DNA from: Eledone cirrhosa
Lineage: Eukaryota
Direction: 5' to 3'
Length of the DNA stretch: 64,000 nucleotides
Assembly (NCBI GenBank): GCA_964016885.1
Contig: OZ024757.1
Location: 11,532,001-11,596,000 of the forward strand
Shown here: in pieces, positions 41,901 through 56,900 of the stretch
Numbering within the stretch: position 1 is the first letter of the stretch
Layout: every line of letters starts with the position of its first letter
Program-made: the position numbers and the translations under genes
The notes under the pieces: generated by a model
What the model was told of the DNA's origin: nothing
Database searches by the model: none
The model's input: the letters and a program-made list of their open reading frames with translations, nothing else

Positions 41901-44900
41901 ACAATGAAATAGCTCAAAGAAAGAAATATTTCTGAGCCGAATAATACAAGTAAATATAAATTAATATATATGATGAAACACAAATACCAACATATCTGTG
42001 TTTATATTTTAAAAGAAATTTAGTTAGCTAGACTGAAGTATACTAATTATAATATTACAGTTTGCCTATCTCGATTTAAAGTAATAAATCAATAAAAACA
42101 AAAAGTATTGGCAAATGGCCATGGAGTTTAGACAAATTTAAATTTCAAAATCAAATCCGTTCCGTACATAAGTTTAAACTTTAAAATCCAAATATGTTTC
42201 GAGATGAATAAGTGTAAGGATATCATGTCCAGCTCACATCAGTAAACACCCTGAACAAATTGATATGCTTCCCTTCTAAATATTTTAAAAGACTGTTTCA
42301 CGCACATGGTTTTCGAGTTTCTGGCCAGCCTCATACTCGTACTGCTAGAAATAACAGCCGTATATATGGGGCTACTATCAGCTCAACGTAAGGAGCAATT
42401 ACATTAAGTGTATTGAGTTCAAAACTCAAGCATTCCTTTACAATGAAATAGCTCAAAGAAAGAAATATTTCTGAGCCCTATAATACAAGTAAATATAAAT
42501 TAATATATATGATGAAACACAAATACCAACATATCTGTGTTTATATTGTAAACGAAATTAAGTTAGCTAGAATGAAATATACTAATTATAATATTACAGT
42601 TTGCCTATTTCGATTTAAAATAATAAATCAATAAAAACAAACAGTTTTGGCAAATGGCCATGGTGTTTAGACAAATTTATATTTCAAAATCGAACCTGTT
42701 CCGTAGATAAGTTTAAACTTTAAAATCCAAATGTTTTCGAGATGAATAAGTGTAAGTATATCATGTCCAGCTCACATCAGTAAACACCCTGAACAAATTG
42801 ATATGCTTCACTTCTAAATATTTTAAAAGACTGTTTAACGCACATGGTTTTCCAGTTTCTAGCCAGCCTCATACTCGTACTGCTAGAAATAACAGCCGTA
42901 TATATGGGGCTTCTATCAGCTCAACGTAAGGAGCAATTATATTAAGTGTATTGAGTTCAAAACTCAAGCATTCCTTTACAATGAAATAGCTCAAAGAAAG
43001 AAATATTTCTGAGCCGAATAATACAAGTAAATATAAATTAATATATATGATGAAACACAAATGCCAACATATCTGTGTTAATATTTTAAAAGAAATTTAG
43101 TTAGCTACACTGAAGTATACTAATTATAATATTACAGTTTGCCTATCTCGATTTAAAGTAATAAATCAATAAAAACAAACAGTATTGGCAAATGGCCATG
43201 GTGTTTAGACAAATTTAAATTTCAAAATCAAACCCGTTCCGTAAATAAGTTTAAACTTTAAAATCCAAATATGTTTCGAGATGAATAAGTGTAAGGATAT
43301 CATGTCCAGCTCACATCAGTAAACACCCTGAACAAATTGATATGCTTCACTTCTAAATATTTTAAAAGACTGTTTAACGCACATAGTTTTTAAATTTCTA
43401 GCCAGCCTCATACTCGTACTGCTAGAAATAACAGCCATATATATGGGGCTACTATCAGCTCAACGTAAGGAGCAATTATATTAAGTGTATTGAGTTCAAA
43501 ACTCAAGCATTCCTTTACAATGAAATAGCTCAAAGAAAGAAGTATTTCTGAGCCGAATAATACAAGTAAATATAAATTAATATATATGATGAAACACAAA
43601 TACCAACATATCTGTGTTTATATTGTAAAAGAAATTAAGTTCGTTAGTATGAAATATACTAATTATAATATTACAGTTTGCCTATCTCGATTTAAAATAA
43701 TAAATGAATAAAAACAAACAGTAATGGCAAATGGCCATGGAGTTTAGACAAATTTAAATTTCAAAATCAAATCCGTTCCGTACATAAGTTTAAACTTTAA
43801 AATCCAAATATGTTTCGAGATGAATAAGTGTAAGGATATCATGTCCAGCTCACATCAGTAAACACCCTGAACAAATTGATATGCTTCCCTTCTAAATATT
43901 TTAAAAAACTGTTTCACGCACATGGTTTTCGAGTTTCTGGCCAGCCTCATACTCGTACTGCTAGAAATAACAGCCGTATATATGGGGCTACTATCAACTC
44001 AACGTAAGGAGCAATTATATTAAGTGTATTGAGTTCAAACTCAAGCATTCCTTTACAATGAAATAGCTCAAAGAAAGAAATATTTCTGAGCCCTATAATA
44101 CAAGTAAATATAAATTAATATATATGATGAAACACAAATACCAACATATCTGTGTTTATATTGTAAACGAAATTAAGTTAGCTAGAATGAAATATACAAA
44201 TTATAATATTACAGTTTGCCTATCTCGATTTAAAATAATAAATCAATAAAAACAAACAGTATTGGCAAATGGCTATGGTGTTTAGACAAATTTAAATTTC
44301 AAAATCAAACCCGTTCCGTAAATAAGTTTAAACTTTAAAATCCAAATATGTTTCGAGATGAATAAGTGTAAGGATATCATGTCCAGCTCACATCAGTAAA
44401 CACCCTGAACAAATTGATATGCTTCACTTTTAAATATTTTAAAAGACTGTTTAACGCACATGGTTTTCCAGTTTCTAGCCAGCCTCATACTCGTACTGCT
44501 AGAAATAACAGCCGTATATATGGGGCTACTATCAGCTCAACGCAAGGAGCAATTATATTAAGTGTATTGAGTTCAAAACTCAAGCATACCCTTACAATTA
44601 AATAGCTCAAAGAAAGAAATATTTCTGAGCCGTATAATAAAAGTAAATATAAATTAATATATACGATGAAACACAAATACCAACATATCGGTGTTTATAT
44701 TGTAAAAGAAATTAAGTTAGTTAGTATGAAATATACTAATTATAATATTACAGTTTGCCTATCTCGATTTAAAATAATAAATCAATAAAAACAAACATTA
44801 TTGGCAAATGGCCATGGTGTTTAGAGAAATTTAAATTTCAAAATCAAACCCGTTCCGTAAATAAGTTTAAACTTTAAAATCCAAATATATTTCGAGATGA

Positions 44901-47900
44901 ATAAGTGTAAGAATATCATGTCCAGCTCACATCAGTAAACACCCTGAACAAATTGATATGCTTCACTTCTAAATATTTTAAAAGACTGTTTAACGCACAT
45001 AGTTTTTAAATTTCTAGCCAGCCTCATACTCGTACTGCTAGAAATAACAGCCATATATATGGGGCTACTATCAGCTCAACGTAAGGAGCAATTATATTAA
45101 GTGTATTGAGTTCAAAACTCAAGCATTCCTTTACAATGAAATAGCTCAAAGAAAGAAGTATTTCTGAGCCGAATAATACAAGTAAATATAAATTAATATA
45201 TATGATGAAACACAAATACCAACATATCTGTGTTTATATTGTAAAAGAAATTAAGTTCGTTAGTATGAAATATACTAATTATAATATTACAGTTTGCCTA
45301 TCTCGATTTAAAATAATAAATGAATAAAAACAAACAGTAATGGCAAATGGCCATGGAGTTTAGACAAATTTAAATTTCAAAATCAAATCCGTTCCGTACA
45401 TAAGTTTAAACTTTAAAATCCAAATATGTTTCGAGATGAATAAGTGTAAGGATATCATGTCCAGCTCACATCAGTAAACACCCTGAACAAATTGATATGC
45501 TTCCCTTCTAAATATTTTAAAAAACTGTTTCACGCACATGGTTTTCGAGTTTCTGGCCAGCCTCATACTCGTACTGCTAGAAATAACAGCCGTATATATG
45601 GGGCTACTATCAACTCAACGTAAGGAGCAATTATATTAAGTGTATTGAGTTCAAACTCAAGCATTCCTTTACAATGAAATAGCTCAAAGAAAGAAATATT
45701 TCTGAGCCCTATAATACAAGTAAATATAAATTAATATATATGATGAAACACAAATACCAACATATCTGTGTTTATATTGTAAACGAAATTAAGTTAGCTA
45801 GAATGAAATATACTAATTATAATATTACAGTTTGCCTATCTCGATTTAAAATAATAAATCAATAAAAACAAACAGTATTGGCAAATGGCTATGGTGTTTA
45901 GACAAATTTAAATTTCAAAATCAAACCCGTTCCGTAAATAAGTTTAAACTTTAAAATCCAAATATGTTTCGAGATGAATAAGTGTAAGGATATCATGTCC
46001 AGCTCACATCAGTAAACACCCTGAACAAATTGATATGCTTCACTTTTAAATATTTTAAAAGACTGTTTAACGCACATGGTTTTCCAGTTTCTAGCCAGCC
46101 TCATACTCGTACTGCTAGAAATAACAGCCGTATATATGGGGCTACTATCAGCTCAACGCAAGGAGCAATTATATTAAGTGTATTGAGTTCAAAACTCAAG
46201 CATACCCTTACAATTAAATAGCTCAAAGAAAGAAATATTTCTGAGCCGTATAATATAAGTAAATATAAATTAATATATACGATGAAACACAAATACCAAC
46301 ATATCGGTGTTTATATTGTAAAAGAAATTAAGTTAGTTAGTATGAAATATACTAATTATAATATTACAGTTTGCCTATCTCGATTTAAAATAATAAATCA
46401 ATAAAAACAAACATTATTGGCAAATGGCCATGGTGTTTAGAGAAATTTAAATTTCAAAATCAAACCCGTTCCGTAAATAAGTTTAAACTTTAAAATCCAA
46501 ATATGTTTCGAGATGAATAAGTGTAAGAATATCATGTCCAGCTCACATCAGTAAACACCCTGAACAAATTGATATGCTTCACTTCTAAATATTTTAAAAG
46601 ACTGTTTAACGCACATAGTTTTTAAATTTCTAGCCAGCCTCATACTCGTACTGCTAGAAATAACAGCCATATATATGGGGCTACTATCAGCTCAACGTAA
46701 GGAGCAATTATATTAAGTGTATTGAGTTCAAAACTCAAGCATTCCTTTACAATGAAATAGCTCAAAGAAAGAAGTATTTCTGAGCCGAATAATACAAGTA
46801 AATATAAATTAATATATACGATGAAACACAAATACCAACATATCGGTGTTTATATTGTAAAAGAAATTAAGTTAGTTAGTATGAAATATACTAATTATAA
46901 TATTACAGTTTGCCTATCTCGATTTAAAATAATAAATGAATAAAAACACACAGTATTGGCAAATGGCCATGGTGTTTAGACAAATTTAAACTTCAAAATC
47001 AAACCCGTTCCATAGATAAGTTTAAACTTTAAAATCCAAATATGTTTCGAGATGAATAAGTGTAAGAATATCATGTCCAGCTCACATCAGTAAACACCCT
47101 GAACAAATTGATATGCTTCACTTCTAAATATTTTAAAAGACTGTTTAACGCACATAGTTTTTAAATTTCTAGCCAGCCTCATACTCGTACTGCTAGAAAT
47201 AACAGCCATATATATGGGGCTACTATCAGCTCAACGTAAGGAGCAATTATATTAAGTGTATTGAGTTCAAAACTCAAGCATTCCTTTACAATGAAATAGC
47301 TCAAAGAAAGAAGTATTTCTGAGCCGAATAATACAAGTAAATATAAATTAATATATACGATGAAACACAAATACCAACATATCGGTGTTTATATTGTAAA
47401 AGAAATTAAGTTAGTTAGTATGAAATATACTAATTATAATATTACAGTTTGCCTATCTCGATTTAAAATAATAAATGAATAAAAACACACAGTATTGGCA
47501 AATGGCCATGGTGTTTAGACAAATTTAAACTTCAAAATCAAACCCGTTCCATAGATAAGTTTAAACTTTAAAATCCAAATATGTTTCGAGATGAATAAGT
47601 GTAAGGATATCATGTCCAGCTCACATCAGCAAACACCCTGAACAAATTGATATGCTTCACTTCTAAATATTTTAAAAGACCGTTTAACGCACATATTTTT
47701 CCAGTTTCTAGCCAGCCTCATACTCGTACTGCTAGAAATAAAAGCCATATATATGGGGCTTCTATCAGCTCAACGTAAGGAGCAATTATATTAAGTGTAT
47801 TGAGTTCAAAACTCAAGCATTCCTTTACAATGAAATAGCTCAAAGAAAGAAATATTTCTGAGCCGAATAATACAAGTAAATATAAATTAATATATATGAT

Positions 47901-50900
47901 GAAACACAAATACCAACATATCTGTGTTTATATTTTAAAAGAAATTTAGTTAGCTAGACTGAAGTATACTAATTATAATATTACAGTTTGCCTATCTCGA
48001 TTTAAAGTAATAAATCAATAAAAACAAACAGTATTGGCAAATGGCCATGGTGTTTAGACAAATTTATATTTCAAAATCGAACCTGTTCCTTAGATAAGTT
48101 TAAACTTTAAAATCCAAATGTGTTTCGAGATGAATAAGTGTAAGGATATCATGTCCAGCTCACATCAGTAAACACCCTGAACAAATTGATATGCTTCCCT
48201 TCTAAATATTTTAAAAGACTGTTTCACGCACATGGTTTTCGAGTTTCTGGCCAGGCTCATACTCGTACTGCTAGAAATAACAGCCGTATATATGGGGCTA
48301 CTATCAGCTCAACGTAATGAGCAATTATATTAAGTGTATTGAGTTCAAAACTCAAGCATTCCTTTACAATGAAATAGCTCAAAGAAAGAAGTATTTCTGA
48401 GCCGAATAATACAAGTAAATATAAATTAATATATATGATGAAACACAAATACCAACATATCTGTGTTTATATTGTAAAAGAAATTAAGTTCGTTAGTATG
48501 AAATATACTAATTATAATATTACAGTTTGCCTATCTCGATTTAAAATAATAAATGAATAAAAACACACAGTATTGGCAAATGGCCATGGTGTTTAGACAA
48601 ATTTAAATTTCAAAATCAAACCCGTTCCATAGATAAGTTTAAACTTTAAAATCCAAATATGTTTCGAGATGAATAAGTGTAAGGATATCATGTCCAGCTC
48701 ACATCAGCAAACACCCTGAACAAATTGATATGCTTCACTTCTAAATATTTTAAAAGACCGTTTAACGCACATATTTTTCCAGTTTCTAGCCAGCCTCATA
48801 CTCGTACTGCTAGAAATAAAAGCCATATATATGGGGCTTCTATCAGCTCAACGTAAGGAGCAATTATATTAAGTGTATTGAGTTCAAAACTCAAACATTC
48901 CTTTACAATGAAATAGCTCAAAGAAAGAAATATTTCTGAGCCGAATAATACAAGTAAATATAAATTAATATATATGATGAAACACAAATACCAACATATC
49001 TGTGTTTATATTTTAAAAGAAATTTAGTTAGCTAGACTGAAGTATACTAATTATAATATTACAGTTTGCCTATCTCGATTTAAAGTAATAAATCAATAAA
49101 AACAAACAGTATTGGCAAATGGCCATGGAGTTTAGACAAATTTAAATTTCAAAATCAAATCCGTTCCGTACATAAGTTTAAACTTTAATATCCAAATATG
49201 TTTCGAGATCAATAAGTGTAAGGATATCATGTCCAGCTCACATCAGTAAACACTCTGAACAAATTGATATGCTTCCCTTCTAAATATTTTAAAAGACTGT
49301 TTCACGCACTTGGTTTTCGAGTTTCTGGCCAGCCTCATACTCGTACTGATAGAAATAACAGCCGTATATATGGGGCTACTATCAGCTCAACGTAAGGAGC
49401 AATTACATTAAGTGTATTGAGTTCAAAACTCAAGCATTCCTTTACAATGAAATAGCTCAAAGAAAGAAATATTTCTGAGCCCTATAATACAAGTAAATAT
49501 AAATTAATATATATGATGAAACACAAATACCAACATATCTGTGTTTATATTGTAAACGAAATTAAGTTAGCTAGAATGAAATATACTAATTATAATATTA
49601 CAGTTTGCCTATTTCGATTTAAAATAATAAATCAATAAAAACAAACAGTTTTGGCAAATGGCCATGGTGTTTAGACAAATTTATATTTCAAAATCGAACC
49701 TGTTCCGTAGATAAGTTTAAACTTTAAAATCCAAATGTTTTCGAGATGAATAAGTGTAAGTATATCATGTCCAGCTCACATCAGTAAACACCCTGAACAA
49801 ATTGATATGCTTCACTTCTAAATATTTTAAAAGACTGTTTAACGCACATGGTTTTCCAGTTTCTAGCCAGCCTCATACTCGTACTGCTAGAAATAACAGC
49901 CGTATATATGGGGCTTCTATCAGCTCAACGTAAGGAGCAATTATATTAAGTGTATTGAGTTCAAAACTCAAGCATTCCTTTACAATGAAATAGTTCAAAG
50001 AAAGAAATATTTCTGAGCCGAATAATACAAGTAAATATAAATTAATATATATGATGAAACACAAATGCCAACATATCTGTGTTTATATTTTAAAAGAAAT
50101 TTAGTTAGCTACACTGAAGTATACTAATTATAATATTACAGTTTGCCTATCTCGATTTAAAGTAATAAATCAATAAAAACAAACAGTATTGGCAAATGGC
50201 CATGGAGTTTAGACAAATTTAAATTTCAAAATCAAATCCGTTCCGTACATAAGTTTAAACTTTAAAATCCAAATATGTTTCGAGATGAATAAGTGTAAGG
50301 ATATCATGTCCAGCTCACATCAGTAAACACCCTGAACAAATTGATATGCTTCCCTTCTAAATATTTTAAAAGACTGTTTCACGCACATGGTTTTCGAGTT
50401 TCTGGCCAGCCTCATACTCGTACTGCTAGAAATAACAGCCGTATATATGGGGCTACTATCAGCTCAACGTAAGGAGCAATTATATTAAGTGTATTGAGTT
50501 CAAAACTCAAGCATTCCTTTACAATGAAATAGCTCAAAGAAAGAAATATTTCTGAGCCCTATAATACAAGTAAATATAAATTAATATATATGATGAAACA
50601 CAAATACCAACATATCTGTGTTTATATTGTAAACGAAATTAAGTTAGCTAGAATGAAATATACTAATTATAATATTACAGTTTGCCTATCTCGATTTAAA
50701 ATAATAAATCAATAAAAACAAACAGTATTGGCAAATGGCCATGGTGTTTAGACAAATTTAAATTTCAAAATCAAACCCGTTCCGTAAATAAGTTTAAACT
50801 TTAAAATCCAAATATGTTTCGAGATGAATAAGTGTAAGGATATCATGTCCAGCTCACATCAGTAAACACCCTGAACAAATTGATATGCTTCACTTCTAAA

Positions 50901-53900
50901 TATTTTAAAAGACTGTTTAACGCACATGGTTTTCCAGTTTCTAGCCAGCCTCATACTCGTACTGCTAGAAATAACAGCCGTATATATGGGGCTACTATCA
51001 GCTCAACGTAAGGAGCAATTATATTAAGTGTATTGAGTTCAAAACTCAAGCATACCCTTACAATTAAATAGCTCAAAGAAAGAAATATTTCTGAGCCGTA
51101 TAATACAAGTAAATATAAATTAATATATATGATGAAACACAAATACCAACATATCGGTGTTTATATTGTAAAAGAAATTAAGTTAGTTAGTATGAAATAT
51201 ACTAATTATAATATTACAGTTTGCCTATCTCGATTTAAAATAATAAATCAATAAAAACAAACATTATTGGCAAATGGCCATGGTGTTTAGAGAAATTTAA
51301 ATTTCAAAATCAAACCCGTTCCGTAAATAAGTTTAAACTTTAAAATCCAAATATGTTTCGAGATGAATAAGTGTAAGAATATCATGTCCAGCTCACATCA
51401 GTAAACACCCTGAACAAATTGATATGCTTCACTTCTAAATATTTTAAAAGACTGTTTAACGCACATAGTTTTTAAATTTCTAGCCAGCCTCATACTCGTA
51501 CTGCTAGAAATAACAGCCATATATATGGGGCTACTATCAGCTCAACGTAAGGAGCAATTATATTAAGTGTATTGAGTTCAAAACTCAAGCATTCCTTTAC
51601 AATGAAATAGCTCAAAGAAAGAAGTATTTCTGAGCCGAATAATACAAGTAAATATAAATTGATATATATGATGAAACACAAATACCAACATATCTGTGTT
51701 TATATTGTAAAAGAAATTAAGTTCGTTAGTATGAAATATACTAATTATAATATTACAGTTTGCCATCTCGATTTAAAATAATAAATGAATAAAAACAAAC
51801 AGTAATGGCAAATGGCCATGGAGTTTAGACAAATTTAAATTTCAAAATCAAATCCGTTCCGTACATAAGTTTAAACTTTAAAATCCAAATATGTTTCGAG
51901 ATGAATAAGTGTAAGGATATCATGTCCAGCTCACATCAGTAAACACCCTGAACAAATTGATATGCTTCCCTTCTAAATATTTTAAAAAACTGTTTCACGC
52001 ACATGGTTTTCGAGTTTCTGGCCAGCCTCATACTCGTACTGCTAGAAATAACAGCCGTATATATGGGGCTACTATCAACTCAACGTAAGGAGCAATTATA
52101 TTAAGTGTATTGAGTTCAAACTCAAGCATTCCTTTACAATGAAATAGCTCAAAGAAAGAAATATTTCTGAGCCCTATAATACAAGTAAATATAAATTAAT
52201 ATATATGATGAAACACAAATACCAACATATCTGTGTTTATATTGTAAACGAAATTAAGTTAGCTAGAATGAAATATACTAATTATAATATTACAGTTTGC
52301 CTATCTCGATTTAAAATAATAAATCAATAAAAACAAACAGTATTGGCAAATGGCTATGGTGTTTAGACAAATTTAAATTTCAAAATCAAACCCGTTCCGT
52401 AAATAAGTTTAAACTTTAAAATCCAAATATGTTTCGAGATGAATAAGTGTAAGGATATCATGTCCAGCTCACATCAGTAAACACCCTGAACAAATTGATA
52501 TGCTTCACTTTTAAATATTTTAAAAGACTGTTTAACGCACATGGTTTTCCAGTTTCTAGCCAGCCTCATACTCGTACTGCTAGAAATAACAGCCGTATAT
52601 ATGGGGCTACTATCAGCTCAACGCAAGGAGCAATTATATTAAGTGTATTGAGTTCAAAACTCAAGCATACCCTTACAATTAAATAGCTCAAAGAAAGAAA
52701 TATTTCTGAGCCGTATAATAAAAGTAAATATAAATTAATATATACGATGAAACACAAATACCAACATATCGGTGTTTATATTGTAAAAGAAATTAAGTTA
52801 GTTAGTATGAAATATACTAATTATAATATTACAGTTTGCCTATCTCGATTTAAAATAATAAATCAATAAAAACAAACATTATTGGCAAATGGCCATGGTG
52901 TTTAGAGAAATTTAAATTTCAAAATCAAACCCGTTCCGTAAATAAGTTTAAACTTTAAAATCCAAATATATTTCGAGATGAATAAGTGTAAGAATATCAT
53001 GTCCAGCTCACATCAGTAAACACCCTGAACAAATTGATATGCTTCACTTCTAAATATTTTAAAAGACTGTTTAACGCACATAGTTTTTAAATTTCTAGCC
53101 AGCCTCATACTCGTACTGCTAGAAATAACAGCCATATATATGGGGTTACTATCAGCTCAACGTAAGGAGCAATTATATTAAGTGTATTGAGTTCAAAACT
53201 CAAGCATTCCTTTACAATGAAATAGCTCAAAGAAAGAAGTATTTCTGAGCCGAATAATACAAGTAAATATAAATTAATATATATGATGAAACACAAATAC
53301 CAACATATCTGTGTTTATATTGTAAAAGAAATTAAGTTCGTTAGTATGAAATATACTAATTATAATATTACAGTTTGCCTATCTCGATTTAAAATAATAA
53401 ATGAATAAAAACAAACAGTAATGGCAAATGGCCATGGAGTTTAGACAAATTTAAATTTCAAAATCAAATCCGTTCCGTACATAAGTTTAAACTTTAAAAT
53501 CCAAATATGTTTCGAGATGAATAAGTGTAAGGATATCATGTCCAGCTCACATCAGTAAACACCCTGAACAAATTGATATGCTTCCCTTCTAAATATTTTA
53601 AAAAACTGTTTCACGCACATGGTTTTCGAGTTTCTGGCCAGCCTCATACTCGTACTGCTAGAAATAACAGCCGTATATATGGGGCTACTATCAACTCAAC
53701 GTAAGGAGCAATTATATTAAGTGTATTGAGTTCAAACTCAAGCATTCCTTTACAATGAAATAGCTCAAAGAAAGAAATATTTCTGAGCCCTATAATACAA
53801 GTAAATATAAATTAATATATATGATGAAACACAAATACCAACATATCTGTGTTTATATTGTAAACGAAATTAAGTTAGCTAGAATGAAATATACTAATTA

Positions 53901-56900
53901 TAATATTACAGTTTGCCTATCTCGATTTAAAATAATAAATCAATAAAAACAAACAGTATTGGCAAATGGCTATGGTGTTTAGACAAATTTAAATTTCAAA
54001 ATCAAACCCGTTCCGTAAATAAGTTTAAACTTTAAAATCCAAATATGTTTCGAGATGAATAAGTGTAAGGATATCATGTCCAGCTCACATCAGTAAACAC
54101 CCTGAACAAATTGATATGCTTCACTTTTAAATATTTTAAAAGACTGTTTAACGCACATGGTTTTCCAGTTTCTAGCCAGCCTCATACTCGTACTGCTAGA
54201 AATAACAGCCGTATATATGGGGCTACTATCAGCTCAACGCAAGGAGCAATTATATTAAGTGTATTGAGTTCAAAACTCAAGCATACCCTTACAATTAAAT
54301 AGCTCAAAGAAAGAAATATTTCTGAGCCGTATAATATAAGTAAATATAAATTAATATATACGATGAAACACAAATACCAACATATCGGTGTTTATATTGT
54401 AAAAGAAATTAAGTTAGTTAGTATGAAATATACTAATTATAATATTACAGTTTGCCTATCTCGATTTAAAATAATAAATCAATAAAAACAAACATTATTG
54501 GCAAATGGCCATGGTGTTTAGAGAAATTTAAATTTCAAAATCAAACCCGTTCCGTAAATAAGTTTAAACTTTAAAATCCAAATATGTTTCGAGATGAATA
54601 AGTGTAAGCATATCATGTCCAGCTCACATCAGTAAACACCCTGAACAAATTGATATGCTTCACTTCTAAATATTTTAAAAGACTGTTTAACGCACATAGT
54701 TTTTAAATTTCTAGCCAGCCTCATACTCGTACTGCTAGAAATAACAGCCATATATATGGGGCTACTATCAGCTCAACGTAAGGAGCAATTATATTAAGTG
54801 TATTGAGTTCAAAACTCAAGCATTCCTTTACAATGAAATAGCTCAAAGAAAGAAGTATTTCTGAGCCGAATAATACAAGTAAATATAAATTAATATATAC
54901 GATGAAACACAAATACCAACATATCGGTGTTTATATTGTAAAAGAAATTAAGTTAGTTAGTATGAAATATACTAATTATAATATTACAGTTTGCCTATCT
55001 CGATTTAAAATAATAAATGAATAAAAACACACAGTATTGGCAAATGGCCATGGTGTTTAGACAAATTTAAACTTCAAAATCAAACCCGTTCCATAGATAA
55101 GTTTAAACTTTAAAATCCAAATATGTTTCGAGATGAATAAGTGTAAGGATATCATGTCCAGCTCACATCAGCAAACACCCTGAACAAATTGATATGCTTC
55201 ACTTCTAAATATTTTAAAAGACCGTTTAACGCACATATTTTTCCAGTTTCTAGCCAGCCTCATACTCGTACTGCTAGAAATAAAAGCCATATATATGGGG
55301 CTTCTATCAGCTCAACGTAAGGAGCAATTATATTAAGTGTATTGAGTTCAAAACTCAAGCATTCCTTTACAATGAAATAGCTCAAAGAAAGAAATATTTC
55401 TGAGCCGAATAATACAAGTAAATATAAATTAATATATATGATGAAACACAAATACCAACATATCTGTGTTTATATTTTAAAAGAAATTTAGTTAGCTAGA
55501 CTGAAGTATACTAATTATAATATTACAGTTTGCCTATCTCGATTTAAAGTAATAAATCAATAAAAACAAACAGTATTGGCAAATGGCCATGGTGTTTAGA
55601 CAAATTTATATTTCAAAATCGAACCTGTTCCTTAGATAAGTTTAAACTTTAAAATCCAAATGTGTTTCGAGATGAATAAGTGTAAGGATATCATGTCCAG
55701 CTCACATCAGTAAACACCCTGAACAAATTGATATGCTTCCCTTCTAAATATTTTAAAAGACTGTTTCACGCACATGGTTTTCGAGTTTCTGGCCAGGCTC
55801 ACACTCGTACTGCTAGAAATAACAGCCGTATATATGGGGCTACTATCAGCTCAACGTAAGGAGCAATTATATTAAGTGTATTGAGTTCAAAACTCAAGCA
55901 TTCCTTTACAATGAAATAGCTCAAAGAAAGAAATATTTCTGAGCCCTATAATACAAATAAATATAAATTAATATATATGATGAAACACAAATACCAACAT
56001 ATCTGTGTTTATATTGTAAACGAAATTAAGTTAGCTAGACTGAAATATACTAATTATAATATTACAGTATGCCTATCTCGATTTAAAATAATAAATCAAT
56101 AAAAACAAACAGTATTGGCAAATGGCCATGGTGTTTAGACAAATTTATATTTCAAAATCGAACCTGTTCCTTAGATAAGTTTAAACTTCAAAATCCAAAT
56201 GTGTTTCGAGATGAATAAGTGTAAGGATATCATGTCCAGCTCACATCAGTAAACACCCTGAACAAATTGATATGCTTCACTTCTAAATATTTTAAAAGAC
56301 TGTTTAACACACATGGTTTTCCAGTTTCTAGCCAGCCTCATACTCGTACTGCTAGAAATAACAGCCGTATATTTGTGGCTACTATCAGCTCGACGTAAGG
56401 AGCAATTATATTAAGTGTATTGAGTTCAAAACTCAAGCATTCCTTTACAATGAAATAGCTCAAAGAAAGAAATATTTCTGAGCCGTATAATACAAGTAAA
56501 TATAAATTAATATATATGATGAAACCCAAATACCAACATATTGGTGTTTATATTGTAAAAGAAATTTAGTTAGCTAGACTGAAGTATACTAATTATAATA
56601 TTACAGTTTGCCTATCTCGATTTAAAGTAATAAATCAATAAAAACAAAAAGTATTGGCAAATGGCCATGGAGTTTAGACAAATTTAAAATTCAAAATCAA
56701 ATCCGTTCCGTACATAAGTTTAAACTTTAAAATCCAAATATGTTTCGAGATGAATAAGTGTAAGGATATCATGTCCAGCTCACATCAGTAAACACCCTGA
56801 ACAAATTGATATGCTTCCCTTCTAAATATTTTAAAAGACTGTTTCACGCACATAGTTTTCAAATTTCTAGCCAGCCTCATACTCGTACTGCTAGAAATAA

